The notes beneath the pieces were generated by a model. That model had not been told where the DNA came from, did not search any database, and saw only the letters and a list, made by a program, of their open reading frames with translations. From an uncultured Planctomycetia bacterium (GTDB lineage Bacteria; Omnitrophota; Gorgyraeia; B26-G9), in the NCBI GenBank assembly GCA_964437495.1, contig CAYTGV010000004.1:40413-104412 (forward strand): DNA of 64,000 nt, written 5' to 3'. Positions 10,055-19,802 of this stretch are shown here, one piece after another (positions within the stretch are counted from its first letter, which is position 1; the number at the start of each line of letters is the position of its first letter). Position numbers and translations under genes: made by a program.

Positions 10055-10858
10055 ATGCCAAAATTCGATTTTAATTCGAAAACAAAAAGATATAATGCGA
10101 AAAATGCTTTGCTGTTAGCGGAAGCTTCACAACTAGCATATAAACCCATCCGAGAAGTGAAGGCGATAGTAAAGAGTAAATGGGGCTTCGAAGAATGCAT
10201 CTTTTTGGACAAGGAAGATACCCAAGCTTATATTATCGCTAACACTGAAGTGATTATATTAGCCTTTAGAGGGACTCAATGTATTCAGGATTGGTTGACA
10301 GATGCAGACGTGCGGCTAATTAAGGATGCCTGGGGGCAAGTGCATAAAGGATTTTCAACAGCGTTAGATTCTGTTTGGCGCGAGATTGAAAAAATTGTAT
10401 CTAAATATCAAAACAATGGCCAATCAATTTGGATTACAGGCCATAGCTTAGGGGCAGCACTGGCAGCGCTCGCGACTGCTAGGTTTTTGCAGAAAAACAG
10501 GGACATAAACGGACTGTATACTTTTGGCCAGCCTAGAGTAGGCAATGCTATATTTGCTAGAATCTTTAATTTAAGGTTTAAGCATCGAACCTTTCGTTTT
10601 GTTAATAATGAAGATATTGTAACCAGAGTTCCTCCTACCGCTTTGAAATATGCGCACATAGGCTCTGTGTATTATTTTAACAGTTTTGGAAAGCTGCACA
10701 GAGGAATTAAGTGGTGGAGAGTATTTATGGATAGTTCGATTAGTAAAATAGCGAGAACTATGGATCGCTATAATCTGTTAAGCGACCAATTTCCTAACGG
10801 GATTAAAGACCACGATATTGCAAGATATATAAAAAGAATTGAGAAAAATTTAACATGA
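10055..10858 (+). CDS. Lipase class 3 family protein
   Basis: AFRGT, VHKGF, ITGHSLGAALA, YTFGQPRVGN, DIVTRVP, DH. Confidence 0.93.
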   Translation: MPKFDFNSKTKRYNAKNALLLAEASQLAYKPIREVKAIVKSKWGFEECIFLDKEDTQAYIIANTEVIILAFRGTQCIQDWLTDADVRLIKDAWGQVHKGFSTALDSVWREIEKIVSKYQNNGQSIWITGHSLGAALAALATARFLQKNRDINGLYTFGQPRVGNAIFARIFNLRFKHRTFRFVNNEDIVTRVPPTALKYAHIGSVYYFNSFGKLHRGIKWWRVFMDSSISKIARTMDRYNLLSDQFPNGIKDHDIARYIKRIEKNLT

Positions 10859-12336
10859 AATATAATTTCGCGAGAATAGTTATTATAGTCTCTGCGTTGT
10901 TTTTAGTAACAGCAACAGCCTTCTGTTTTTCCGCGGATGTGCAGGATATAAGCGGCTCTAAATATTTCCCCGCCGTGCAAGAGGCTATTGCTAAATCCGA
11001 AAAATCAATAAACATGGCAATGTTTCTTATTGAACTTCCGCAGAGTGAAGCCAAGAATAAGACACAGCAATTAGTAAATGAACTGATCAAAGCGCATGAA
11101 AGAGGCGTGAAGGTCGAAGTTATTTTAGATCAGAATGTAGATTTTGTTAATCAAAGGCATGAAAGCGATTGGCTGGGAAAAGTAAGAAGTTTTCGCGCGT
11201 ACAAGCAGCTTAAAGAAGCTGGGGTAGAGGTGCAGTATGATGAAATATCTACATATACTCATGCCAAGGCAATAGTGATCGACGAGAAGATAGTTGTTTT
11301 AGGAAGCACTAACTGGACCCAAACATCATTACAACGAAGCATAGAGACTAACGTTCTAATAAATTCAGAAGAAGCGGCAAAAAGCTATTTAGAATATTTT
11401 AAGACAATTGAAATAGATGAAAGTATTGAAAAATACATTGAATTTTTAAAAAGCGGAATTGCAGTAAGTAATAAGTTTATGCAGTCAGCAAAGCTGGGTC
11501 CGGAAATGATGAAGCAACATGATGAGCGCAGTTTTGATATATATTTGTTTCTGCTAAAAGAAGCCAAAGCTAAAAACACAACAGAGCTGGTGCTAAATTA
11601 TGGGGCAATAGCGGAATATCTTGGTATCGACAAAAAGATGGATAAAATCGCCTATCGTAGGCAAATAACAAAGGTTTTGAGGAAGTTAGAAAAAAAGTAT
11701 AAATTGATTAAAGCTGATTTGCAGTACGCAAAAGACGCAAAGGTGAAACTACTTGATAGTAAAGTGGCTGCGAATAAGGTATTTCATCTACCAAAAGATT
11801 ATTTTAGTTTTGGATGGAACATGCAATTATCTATGCGGGCGAAGTTCTGTTATTTAATAAACTTTAGCGAAGCGAATATAAGCGATACCCAACCTTATTG
11901 GTCAAAGAGCGTGAGAGAAATCACCAAGACCTATGGCAATATAAGCAAGGATGTTATATCTAAAGGCATGGGTGAGTTGAGAAGAAGAAAGCTCATTGAG
12001 GTCATGTATGATGATTTAACGGATAAGGATTATAGAAAACGAAGCCCGAAGATGTATAAAGTTTTAAAAGTATATGATTCTGAAAAATTAGACCTTGATT
12101 TAGCGCGGGTAGCGGAACAATATGGAGACAAAGAATATCAAAAGGCACGGAAATACGCTGAAATAGTATTTGAAGAATACAATCCGCAGATAATAGAAGA
12201 TATAATTTTGAAAACAAAGCAATATGGGTCTAAGAAAGTCAAAGACGCGTTTGCAATTGTTGCGAAGAAGAACGTAGACAATCCGAAAAGAAAATATAGT
12301 TATGTTGTTGGGATATTGGAGAATTGGGGGGAGTGA
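10855..12336 (+). CDS. PLD (single HKD) domain fused to winged-helix-like and DnaD-like C-terminus
   Basis: Signal-like N-terminus; THAKAIVID..GSTNWT; two wHTH-like segments; C-terminal YSYVVGILENW. Confidence 0.75.
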   Translation: MKYNFARIVIIVSALFLVTATAFCFSADVQDISGSKYFPAVQEAIAKSEKSINMAMFLIELPQSEAKNKTQQLVNELIKAHERGVKVEVILDQNVDFVNQRHESDWLGKVRSFRAYKQLKEAGVEVQYDEISTYTHAKAIVIDEKIVVLGSTNWTQTSLQRSIETNVLINSEEAAKSYLEYFKTIEIDESIEKYIEFLKSGIAVSNKFMQSAKLGPEMMKQHDERSFDIYLFLLKEAKAKNTTELVLNYGAIAEYLGIDKKMDKIAYRRQITKVLRKLEKKYKLIKADLQYAKDAKVKLLDSKVAANKVFHLPKDYFSFGWNMQLSMRAKFCYLINFSEANISDTQPYWSKSVREITKTYGNISKDVISKGMGELRRRKLIEVMYDDLTDKDYRKRSPKMYKVLKVYDSEKLDLDLARVAEQYGDKEYQKARKYAEIVFEEYNPQIIEDIILKTKQYGSKKVKDAFAIVAKKNVDNPKRKYSYVVGILENWGE

Positions 12337-12346
12337 ATAGATAAGT

Positions 12347-12979
12347 ATGACAATAATGATCGAAAATAAAAAATTTTTCGGTTTTGCAGATCACGACTAT
12401 AAGGAAATAGTAACGCTTTCTGTAGAAGGAAAAATTAAGTGGTTCGAGTATCGCTTTAATAAGATTATAATTCGGCCAATTGAAGATATTATGAAAATTG
12501 TAGCTAAAGAGCAAAAAAAACCTCAAGGAGCAAAACTTCTAGAAGATGAAGATGTTTCGATTTTTACAATTGTTGTTTTAGCTATTTGTGTGGGAATAGA
12601 TTTGCTTGGGGGATTTCTCGATGGGACCAAAGGGGATACTAATCGAAAAACCTTTAAGAATTTTGTGACTCAATTTTTAGATCCACAAAAAGAGTATTTA
12701 AAAACTCCCTATGAGGGGGCACACACATATGCAACATTTTTATATATGAAATTCCGTTGTGGCTTAGCCCATAATCTTACAATAAAAGAAGTAGGTTTTA
12801 CATATGGAGAAAAATATTTTGTCAAAGGCGATGGTTTTTATTATGTAAGTGTTGATAGATTGTTTAAAGATTTAAAGCGGGGGTTGGAGCAGTATTTATC
12901 TGAACTTTCCCGGAATAAATCTAATTTAAAAAGAAATTTTAATGATCGTTTTGAGCATATTTTTATCAGGAAGAAATAA
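12347..12979 (+). CDS. HEPN-like protein
   Basis: LYMKFRCGLAHN (RX4H) in a helical protein. Confidence 0.55.
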   Translation: MTIMIENKKFFGFADHDYKEIVTLSVEGKIKWFEYRFNKIIIRPIEDIMKIVAKEQKKPQGAKLLEDEDVSIFTIVVLAICVGIDLLGGFLDGTKGDTNRKTFKNFVTQFLDPQKEYLKTPYEGAHTYATFLYMKFRCGLAHNLTIKEVGFTYGEKYFVKGDGFYYVSVDRLFKDLKRGLEQYLSELSRNKSNLKRNFNDRFEHIFIRKK

Positions 12980-13035
12980 AAATAATTGTAACGGAAGGTT
13001 ATTATTCTAAAAAGTTGTGCAAATAAGGATAATAT

Positions 13036-14358
13036 ATGAATCACTTAAGAGAGCTTAAAAAATATTTCAAGGGGATTCTTCTTGTTAAGAAGAATAAGAC
13101 GCAGGAATTATCTCCACTTGCAGGGATTATGATAAGGGAAATTCCCCAAGAATTTCGCGATAAGGCAATAGAACATTACAAGGCTTCATTTTTAACTTTA
13201 GATGGAAAGGAATTAAACGGGTTCAAGTCAATATTGAAAAAACTGCGCAAGGATATAGCTACAGAATACCTAAAAGATAAAGAACTAGAAAAAAAAGTAT
13301 GGTTTTTGTTTTGTGATATATTTATTAACAAAGACAAGTATGATTGTAAGGAGGTTTTTGAAAAGAGACTAAAAGATTTTCTTACGGAGATATGTAAACC
13401 GTTAAAAAGCTATGAGATATCATTTTGTATAATTCATCTTCAGTTAAATTCCCCTATATCAATTTGGGGGACTGAAATAAAAAAATTATTAGAGGATGAT
13501 TTTAAAAACATAAAAATAAATCCAAAAGATCTCATGGGAGCCAAAGTTGTTAGCGAGTTTAAGGGAAAGGCAGTGATTCAAATACCAATGTCAGGTAATA
13601 ATGAGAATTTAGCAATTGAAAGGGCGAGAGAAAGAGCGGAATTAGTTTTAAAAGCAGTTCAGACTTATCTTAGTGATCATATGAGTATTCGTGACGAAAA
13701 TTTATTATTTAAAATTTCTGAATTTGCATTGATTAGAGATATTCAAACACAAAAATGGAGTTGGAATTGGAAAGCTAAGAGAAAGCCGTATGGGCTAAAA
13801 ATCGGCGGGACAGACAGAGATTTTATTGATAAAGCTGAAAGCCATTACAAGATAGCAAAGCAATGCGATAAAAAACTACTTTCCATATATGAAAGGGCTG
13901 TATATTGGACAGCTCGTTCAATAGAGGAAGAAGACTTGGATACTAAGATAATTTATTTATGTATAGCACTAGAAGCTTTACTGGCAAGTAAGGATGATAA
14001 GAGAAAAGGGGAAGTGATTGCTTATCGTATGGTTCTGATAAATCATTTAATTGATGGCAATTTTCCAGATCCTTTTAAAATAATGTGGTTTTATGAGATA
14101 AGATCTAAAGTGGTTCATGGGGCGACTTTGTTTGGGGCTACTAATTCAGACTGTTTAACTTTACAATATATGGTTAGAAAAACATTATTTAATTTCGTTG
14201 CTTTGACAGAAAAATACAAGGTGAAAATGTATAAGAAATTTATAAAAGCAGTAGAAACTCCTGAAAATTTAAATCTGATATGCAATCATTTTAAACTTTT
14301 TAAAGGGAAATGGCCTGACTCAATAATAGAAATATTAGAAGAGAAATTGAAAAAGTAG
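13036..14358 (+). CDS. ApeA-like HEPN domain protein
   Basis: IIYLCIALEALL ... FYEIRSKVVHG (RX4H). Confidence 0.7.
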   Translation: MNHLRELKKYFKGILLVKKNKTQELSPLAGIMIREIPQEFRDKAIEHYKASFLTLDGKELNGFKSILKKLRKDIATEYLKDKELEKKVWFLFCDIFINKDKYDCKEVFEKRLKDFLTEICKPLKSYEISFCIIHLQLNSPISIWGTEIKKLLEDDFKNIKINPKDLMGAKVVSEFKGKAVIQIPMSGNNENLAIERARERAELVLKAVQTYLSDHMSIRDENLLFKISEFALIRDIQTQKWSWNWKAKRKPYGLKIGGTDRDFIDKAESHYKIAKQCDKKLLSIYERAVYWTARSIEEEDLDTKIIYLCIALEALLASKDDKRKGEVIAYRMVLINHLIDGNFPDPFKIMWFYEIRSKVVHGATLFGATNSDCLTLQYMVRKTLFNFVALTEKYKVKMYKKFIKAVETPENLNLICNHFKLFKGKWPDSIIEILEEKLKK

Positions 14359-14989
14359 TTAAAAATAACTTAGTGCTGACAATGCTATTATATTCGTCAA
14401 GCAACACGAATCCGTGAAAACGGACAAAAGTCTTTCGCCAAAGGCGAATGTCTTTTGGTGTTGCGGCTGTTCTGGCTTTCAGAAAGAAAGACAGAAGAGT
14501 GATGAATATATCCCAAGTGAAGCGGTGAGCAGTGCTGAAGGCGACTGATCTCGGGGAGACAGCTGCCAAAAGCGCGCGAGCCGCGTGTTGCAGTAAAGAT
14601 GAGGCTGAACCTTGGCGGTTCGGGAAGAGGGAACTTCTTTAGTGAGCCAAGGTGCGTACGAGTCCGAGCATAAAGACCAGGTAAACAAAAAAACTAAAAA
14701 AATGGCGGCGGCGTTTCAAAAAAAATGAAAAATTAAGGGCTGTTGCTCGGGCGAGGACGCGGGGACCCCTCTTCGGGGGACCACAGCCTCATCGTAGTAG
14801 CGAATTACTCCCAGGCGAGCGGCCAAGCGAGCTGTGCAGTGAGCCGAAGCCCAAGCTTAGGCGAACGGTCGAACTAATCACCCAAGCAGCCCCGTATCCG
14901 AGCGACAGCGAGTGGGGCGGTGCATTGATCAAAGATTCTTTTTCTTATTTCCGTGAATTGTATTAGGTAGAATAATTGAAATACAGTTT

Positions 14990-15013
14990 GAGTTCAAGCT
15001 GGAAGCGGAGCCA
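14990..15013 (+). repeat. Junction A: degenerate tRNA-like 3' end (...GCGGAGCCA)
   Basis: GAGTTCAAGCTGGAAGCGGAGCCA followed by a hairpin. Confidence 0.5.
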
Positions 15014-15021
15014 AAAATTTT

Positions 15022-15060
15022 AACCCCTTGCAATTATTTAAGTTGCAAGGGGTTTTTATT
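15022..15060 (+). terminator. Hairpin/terminator after junction A
   Basis: AACCCCTTGCAA-loop-TTGCAAGGGGTT plus T run. Confidence 0.7.
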
Positions 15061-15101
15061 TAATATAGAATGAAAATGGTAAATAAAAAAAAGGAGGCAA
15101 T

Positions 15102-15932
15102 ATGAATATGGTTAGAAGAGCACAAATAAAGAAATGGAGCACTATTATTTTGTGCAGTTTACTGCTTATCATGATGATTTCTCTTGAAGCGTGTACTCAA
15201 GAAAAACCTCAGCCCTCTTCCCAAATTTTTTCTTCATCCGGCCCTCGCTTAATGTATCTCCACAGGAGTGCTAATTACAAAATTGCTGTTTTTAATGTTG
15301 AAAAAGAGTCCAAAAAAGCAGGAAAAGTGACTACTACAATAACTCAAGAATTTGAATTTATCAGCGCCGGTCTCAATGGAGTATTTACTCCTGCTGGAGA
15401 AAATACCTTAGCTTCCGTTGTTTGGCAACTTGGTGATGTTGCTCCTGGAGGTAAAGTTGAGATAGAGCTGAAACTAAGAGGCAAGGCAAGAGGGCGGGCA
15501 CGCATAGATTCTAAGCTTACTTTTTCCGAAGCAACACTGCGCACGGCCACTTTAGAAACCAAGATAATTGGAGTGCCTGCCATGCATATTTCATCATATG
15601 ATACGGAAGACCCGGTAGAAATAGGCAAGCAGACAATATATGTAATTGAAGCCCAGAACGAAGGAACTTCTCCATGCACCAATGTAACACTGGAAAGTAA
15701 AATTCCAAAGGAAATGGAATTTGTTTCAGCCGAAGGGCCTGAAGATTTTAAACATAATGCAGGTTTGATTCACTTTGAACCGTTTCCTATTCTCCACCCC
15801 GGGGAGAAACTAACTTATAAAGTGGTTTGCAAGGCTCTTAAGGCAGGTTCTGCTAAACACACAGCTACTCTTACTTTTGACCAGTTTGAACAGCCTCTCA
15901 TTGATGAGGAAGGGACAAGTTGTTATGAATAA
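15102..15932 (+). CDS. Lipoprotein with DUF11 (OmcB-like) domains
   Basis: Lipobox LEAC; DTEDPVEIG..TIYVIEAQNEG...TNV...IPKEMEFVSA. Confidence 0.75.
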   Translation: MNMVRRAQIKKWSTIILCSLLLIMMISLEACTQEKPQPSSQIFSSSGPRLMYLHRSANYKIAVFNVEKESKKAGKVTTTITQEFEFISAGLNGVFTPAGENTLASVVWQLGDVAPGGKVEIELKLRGKARGRARIDSKLTFSEATLRTATLETKIIGVPAMHISSYDTEDPVEIGKQTIYVIEAQNEGTSPCTNVTLESKIPKEMEFVSAEGPEDFKHNAGLIHFEPFPILHPGEKLTYKVVCKALKAGSAKHTATLTFDQFEQPLIDEEGTSCYE

Positions 15933-15949
15933 TAATATAAGGAATAACC

Positions 15950-16633
15950 ATGCGGTGTTTTAGAAGACGAATAATGAAGCGTATTGGGTTGACAATTCTA
16001 CTCAGTTTTTCAACCGTTGCTTATTCTCCCATCCAACTTGCGGCACAAGAGGAGAAGCGAATTGAGGTGTTCCCCAAAAATGCAAAGATTAGGGTCGGAC
16101 AGACATCCATGTTCAGTGCTACAGGTTATGGCCGTGACAATCAACCCGTTCCCCTTTCGCCAGTATGGCACGTAACGGGAGGCGGGACAATCGACAAATC
16201 TGGAATGTTTCGAGCTACAAGTAAAGGCATCTGTACCATCACAGCTAAAGATCCCACTTCCAAACATTTCGGAATCGCCAAGGTGGTTATTGTCGAAGGG
16301 AGACAATCCTCTGGTCAGACCAAGGAAGACGTTGTTTTAACCGGGCCAGGACGCATCAATGTGACAAAATGGGATATTGGAAGAGGCAACATGTTTAAGC
16401 CAAAAGGCTCTTTCGTGGCTCAGGTTTTCGGGGAAAATGTGGCTGAAATCAAACTTTACGGTATTGAGGCCTCTGGCAAATTACAAGAAATACAAGCATT
16501 TTCTTGCAAAGATGAGTCGATGGTTACTTTTAATTTCAAATATGACCGTTTTGGCACCAAGTACTTTGAGCTTATATTGTATGATAATAGCGGAGAGGTA
16601 ATTGCAAGGGACAAAAGAGAAAACCTGGAATAG
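15950..16633 (+). CDS. Secreted Ig-like domain protein
   Basis: Signal peptide; IEVFP..RVGQT..FSATG ... W...GGGTID.SG.F.A. Confidence 0.65.
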   Translation: MRCFRRRIMKRIGLTILLSFSTVAYSPIQLAAQEEKRIEVFPKNAKIRVGQTSMFSATGYGRDNQPVPLSPVWHVTGGGTIDKSGMFRATSKGICTITAKDPTSKHFGIAKVVIVEGRQSSGQTKEDVVLTGPGRINVTKWDIGRGNMFKPKGSFVAQVFGENVAEIKLYGIEASGKLQEIQAFSCKDESMVTFNFKYDRFGTKYFELILYDNSGEVIARDKRENLE

Positions 16634-16702
16634 GAGTAATTGTGTTCCCGTCACAAAAGAACATCCTCAAGGTGCAATAAAGGATTTCCTTGCCTTTTTA
16701 AA

Positions 16703-16740
16703 CTTAACCAGTTGCGAAACTCGTCTAATACGGGGAGCCA
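16703..16740 (+). repeat. Junction B: conserved arm plus tRNA-Asn-like 3' end
   Basis: CTTAACCAGTTGCGAAACTCGTCTAATACGGGGAGCCA; 37/38 identical to 18507-18544; hairpin 16747-16778 follows. Confidence 0.9.
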
Positions 16741-17055
16741 AAATATAAAACCTTTCACAGAAATGTGAGGGGTTTTTTATTTTTGTTTGGCCCAACGCGA
16801 GATAAAAGGGTTTTTAAGGGAAAGATTGTTTCCCTTATCGGCGTATTTGGACTTCATGCGGAAGGAAAGGGAACAGCGACCAGAGGGAGCGTTAGGGGGA
16901 AAACATAAGGGTTTTCCCCTAAAGCGGCTATCTGAGTACTGCCCTGTTCTCCCAGGGCAAACGGAAGATAGAGAGCGACCCTCGCGCGGGGAGCCATTCC
17001 TTTATGTAATGATTCCAACTAGTAAGCAATAAAGGTTAGCGGAAGGTGCGAACGA

Positions 17056-17092
17056 CAGGTTCGGCAAAGCGAAAGTCCTCTCGGGGGAGCCA
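17056..17092 (+). repeat. Junction C: tRNA T-arm/acceptor fragment with insertion
   Basis: CAGGTTCG[GCAAAGCGAA]AGTCCTCTCGGGGGAGCCA. Confidence 0.7.
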
Positions 17093-17136
17093 AATATTTC
17101 TAACCATTTGCAATTAAATAAGTTGCAAGGGTCTTT

Positions 17137-17169
17137 TTGCAAAACAAGCTAGAATAGGGTATACTTTAT
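17137..17169 (+). promoter_or_regulatory. Sigma70-type promoter
   Basis: TTGCAA-17 bp-TATACT; same TTTGCAAA..GGTATACTTTA context at 33088 and 42015. Confidence 0.7.
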
Positions 17170-17211
17170 AGTCATTTTAGATCCAAACACTTTTTATAAT
17201 GGTAGGAAACC

Positions 17212-18495
17212 GTGAAAAATTCAATTTTTATAAAAAAGCTGGTGTCGCAAATAGCAATATTGTGTGTTTTATTCGCATCGTTTCCAGTGGATACGTTGCT
17301 TTGCATAGAGACTAATAATCTTAAATATACGTTATTTGATACATTAGCTCCGCGGCTATCCATCAAAAAAGAAGGATTAACGAAGAGGGCAATTTGGGGC
17401 AAGAGCGGAGAGCTGATTTTTGATTATAAAGAGGGGGCTCCCTTCGCTTTAGAAAATAAAGGGCAGCAGATTAAAATTATTGACGATGGTGGCAGGTATA
17501 AATATTTCAACCCCGCACTGCTGCAGAATGGTATTTTACTTGCGCGGCGTATTTCTGTAGATTTTGATGCCAGCAAATCACATTCTTCAGATATTGTGAG
17601 GCTATACCCACAAGATAAAGAAGGATTGGAATTTAAAGCAGAAACAGATAAAGTGCTGGTTGCTAACGCAGAAGACCCCAGAATAATGTTTGTTGGCGGC
17701 AGATTGGCAATGACATTTGTAAGGCCAAGCATGGGAGGCACTGCTTGGAATAGTTTTTTTGTATTTATTGATGAATCTGGGAATTTAAAATCAGAACCAG
17801 TTAAGATAGGCAGGGCGGGTGTGAGCATTAAGAACACTTACCTTATTGAACTTAATGGCGATAGGATAGCATTAATTGACCGCGCTAATGTGCCGAATCA
17901 GCAACCTGCGATTCAAGCATATTTTTTTGATAATTTAGACGCTGCTTTGTCTGCTTCAGAAGGGTATTGGCAACAACACTCTATTGAGCATGCGACAATA
18001 TTAAAAGCCGCAAAAGGATGGGATCATGTGGGATTTAATACCATTGCCGCAAGAGTAAAAAGCAGGGGAAAGGATTGTCTGATGGCATTAGTGCATTATG
18101 CGAAGATTCAAGATAATGCAAACAAGATTTATCAAACCGCCGTGGTGCTGCTGGATGAAGATACATTACAGCCATTAGGCAAGCCGGAGAGTATTCATAG
18201 TATTGATCCCCAAGTATCTTTAGGAGATGTGAAAGGGGTGGTATATGAAATAGGCGCATTGGTCTATGGCGACAAGCTGGTTTCTTATGCAGGATTTAAT
18301 GATAGCCATATAATCCGTTATAAAGAATCAATAAAAAAACTTACTGCTTGGTTTTGGGAAGCGCAGGCTGCTTATGGCAGTGATAAGGAAGTAAAAGCAG
18401 GTTCTATCCCCGCGAATGAAGTGTTATTGCAAAGATTACAACAAATTTTAAATAACAAACAAGATGTTGATTCCTTCATTTTGTCATCTGTATGA
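17212..18495 (+). CDS. Exported GH130-like five-bladed beta-propeller glycosidase/phosphorylase
   Basis: FNPA, AEDPRI, KN, GDVKGVVYEIG, YAGFNDS; hydrophobic N-terminus. Confidence 0.6.
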   Translation: MKNSIFIKKLVSQIAILCVLFASFPVDTLLCIETNNLKYTLFDTLAPRLSIKKEGLTKRAIWGKSGELIFDYKEGAPFALENKGQQIKIIDDGGRYKYFNPALLQNGILLARRISVDFDASKSHSSDIVRLYPQDKEGLEFKAETDKVLVANAEDPRIMFVGGRLAMTFVRPSMGGTAWNSFFVFIDESGNLKSEPVKIGRAGVSIKNTYLIELNGDRIALIDRANVPNQQPAIQAYFFDNLDAALSASEGYWQQHSIEHATILKAAKGWDHVGFNTIAARVKSRGKDCLMALVHYAKIQDNANKIYQTAVVLLDEDTLQPLGKPESIHSIDPQVSLGDVKGVVYEIGALVYGDKLVSYAGFNDSHIIRYKESIKKLTAWFWEAQAAYGSDKEVKAGSIPANEVLLQRLQQILNNKQDVDSFILSSV

Positions 18496-18506
18496 CATCT
18501 TTTGTG

Positions 18507-18544
18507 CTTAACCAGTTGCGAAACTCGTCCAATACGGGGAGCCA
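18507..18544 (+). repeat. Junction D: conserved arm plus tRNA-Asn-like 3' end
   Basis: CTTAACCAGTTGCGAAACTCGTCCAATACGGGGAGCCA. Confidence 0.9.
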
Positions 18545-19179
18545 ATAATTTGTAACAACTTGCAAGTAAAGGAATTACAGCAACAAAGACCCAGTTGACC
18601 TAGCTGGGTTTTTTTGTATCTATTAATGTTTAAAAGGGTTAGGCGATGACTGTTTTCATTTAGCATTCTAGGAGAAGTATCTCTGTTTTTGATATTTAAA
18701 GCAAGCTGTGAATTATGCTGATTAATTATGCTGATTAATGGGACAGTTTATCTCTAATATGCCTTTTAGCTAACACTTTCTAGTTAATTCATGATTTCGC
18801 GATTATTTCAAGAATAAGAAGAAAGTAATTTTTGAAATAAATACATTAACTGGAATTTTCAGCTTATATTATCTCTGTTTAACCTCACTTTATTCCTAAG
18901 ATTATTGACAAGTATCTGATACAAGAATAGAATGAAAATATAAAAATTGCCAACGTTATGTCGTTAACTTAAATAGAAAAGAAAAATAATCATGACCATG
19001 AAAACTTTTTTTGCTAAAATATAGCTGTTAATTCTTGGTTTATTAATAAAAAGAGAAAAAAATTATGATACTTGTATGTCCATTAATGAAGGAATACAAA
19101 CTTATAGAACGGATAATAAGAATAATGGAAGTAAATCTAGAGAATATTAGGAAAGACGCTAAGGTTGTAACATTCTAAC

Positions 19180-19662
19180 ATGAAAGTAGAAATCAGATTA
19201 AAACCCATAGGAATAATTCATACTCCTTATAAAGAGTCCAAAGGTATGTCGATTCAGGGCAAGTTTGAAAAAGGCGTTATTGGCCAAGCTGAGTTATTTC
19301 CAGAGTATCAAGATGGTCTTAAAGATATCAAAGGTTTTTCACATATTATCCTAATCTACTATTTTGATAGGTCTAAAGATGAAAAGCTTATAAGTAGGCC
19401 ATTTCTTGAAAATGAAACCCATGGGATTTTCGCGATAAGAAGCCCCCATAGACCGAATCACATCGGAATTTCTATTGTGAAGCTTGAGAGAGTTGAGAAT
19501 AATATTATTACTTTTTCAGAGGTGGACATTTTAAACGGAACACCGTTGTTAGATATTAAACCTTATGTTGCCCATTTTGATTCAAGAGAAAATGTGAAAA
19601 ATGGCTGGCTTGAAAACCATTTCAAAAACGGGAAAATACCAAAACGGACAAAATTGGAATAA
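19180..19662 (+). CDS. tsaA: TsaA/TrmO-family tRNA methyltransferase (short form)
   Basis: LKPIGIIHTPY, GIFAIRSPHRPNHIGIS, DILNGTPLLDIKPY. Confidence 0.9.
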   Translation: MKVEIRLKPIGIIHTPYKESKGMSIQGKFEKGVIGQAELFPEYQDGLKDIKGFSHIILIYYFDRSKDEKLISRPFLENETHGIFAIRSPHRPNHIGISIVKLERVENNIITFSEVDILNGTPLLDIKPYVAHFDSRENVKNGWLENHFKNGKIPKRTKLE

Positions 19663-19802
19663 TCGAACGAGGAACAAGTAAAATTCACAAAAAAGTCATA
19701 TGACTGTAACAAAAAGTTCATTTATGTCTTATACACTTTAATAAAGAAAAAAAAATACCAGATGCTTTGCGGGTATATTTAGTTTAAGGAGAGATAAATT
19801 TG

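Noticed and set aside
16787-17032. 81-aa ORF, and the 14300-14688 minus-strand ORFs
   Set aside because: They lie over palindromic non-coding DNA with no RBS or recognisable motif.
17030-17092. Intact tRNA gene at junction C or E
   Set aside because: Only T-arm/acceptor 3' fragments with insertions; no matching 5' acceptor strand, D arm or anticodon arm.
18711-18736. 13-bp tandem duplication AATTATGCTGATT x2
   Set aside because: Isolated, most likely replication slippage; no associated feature.
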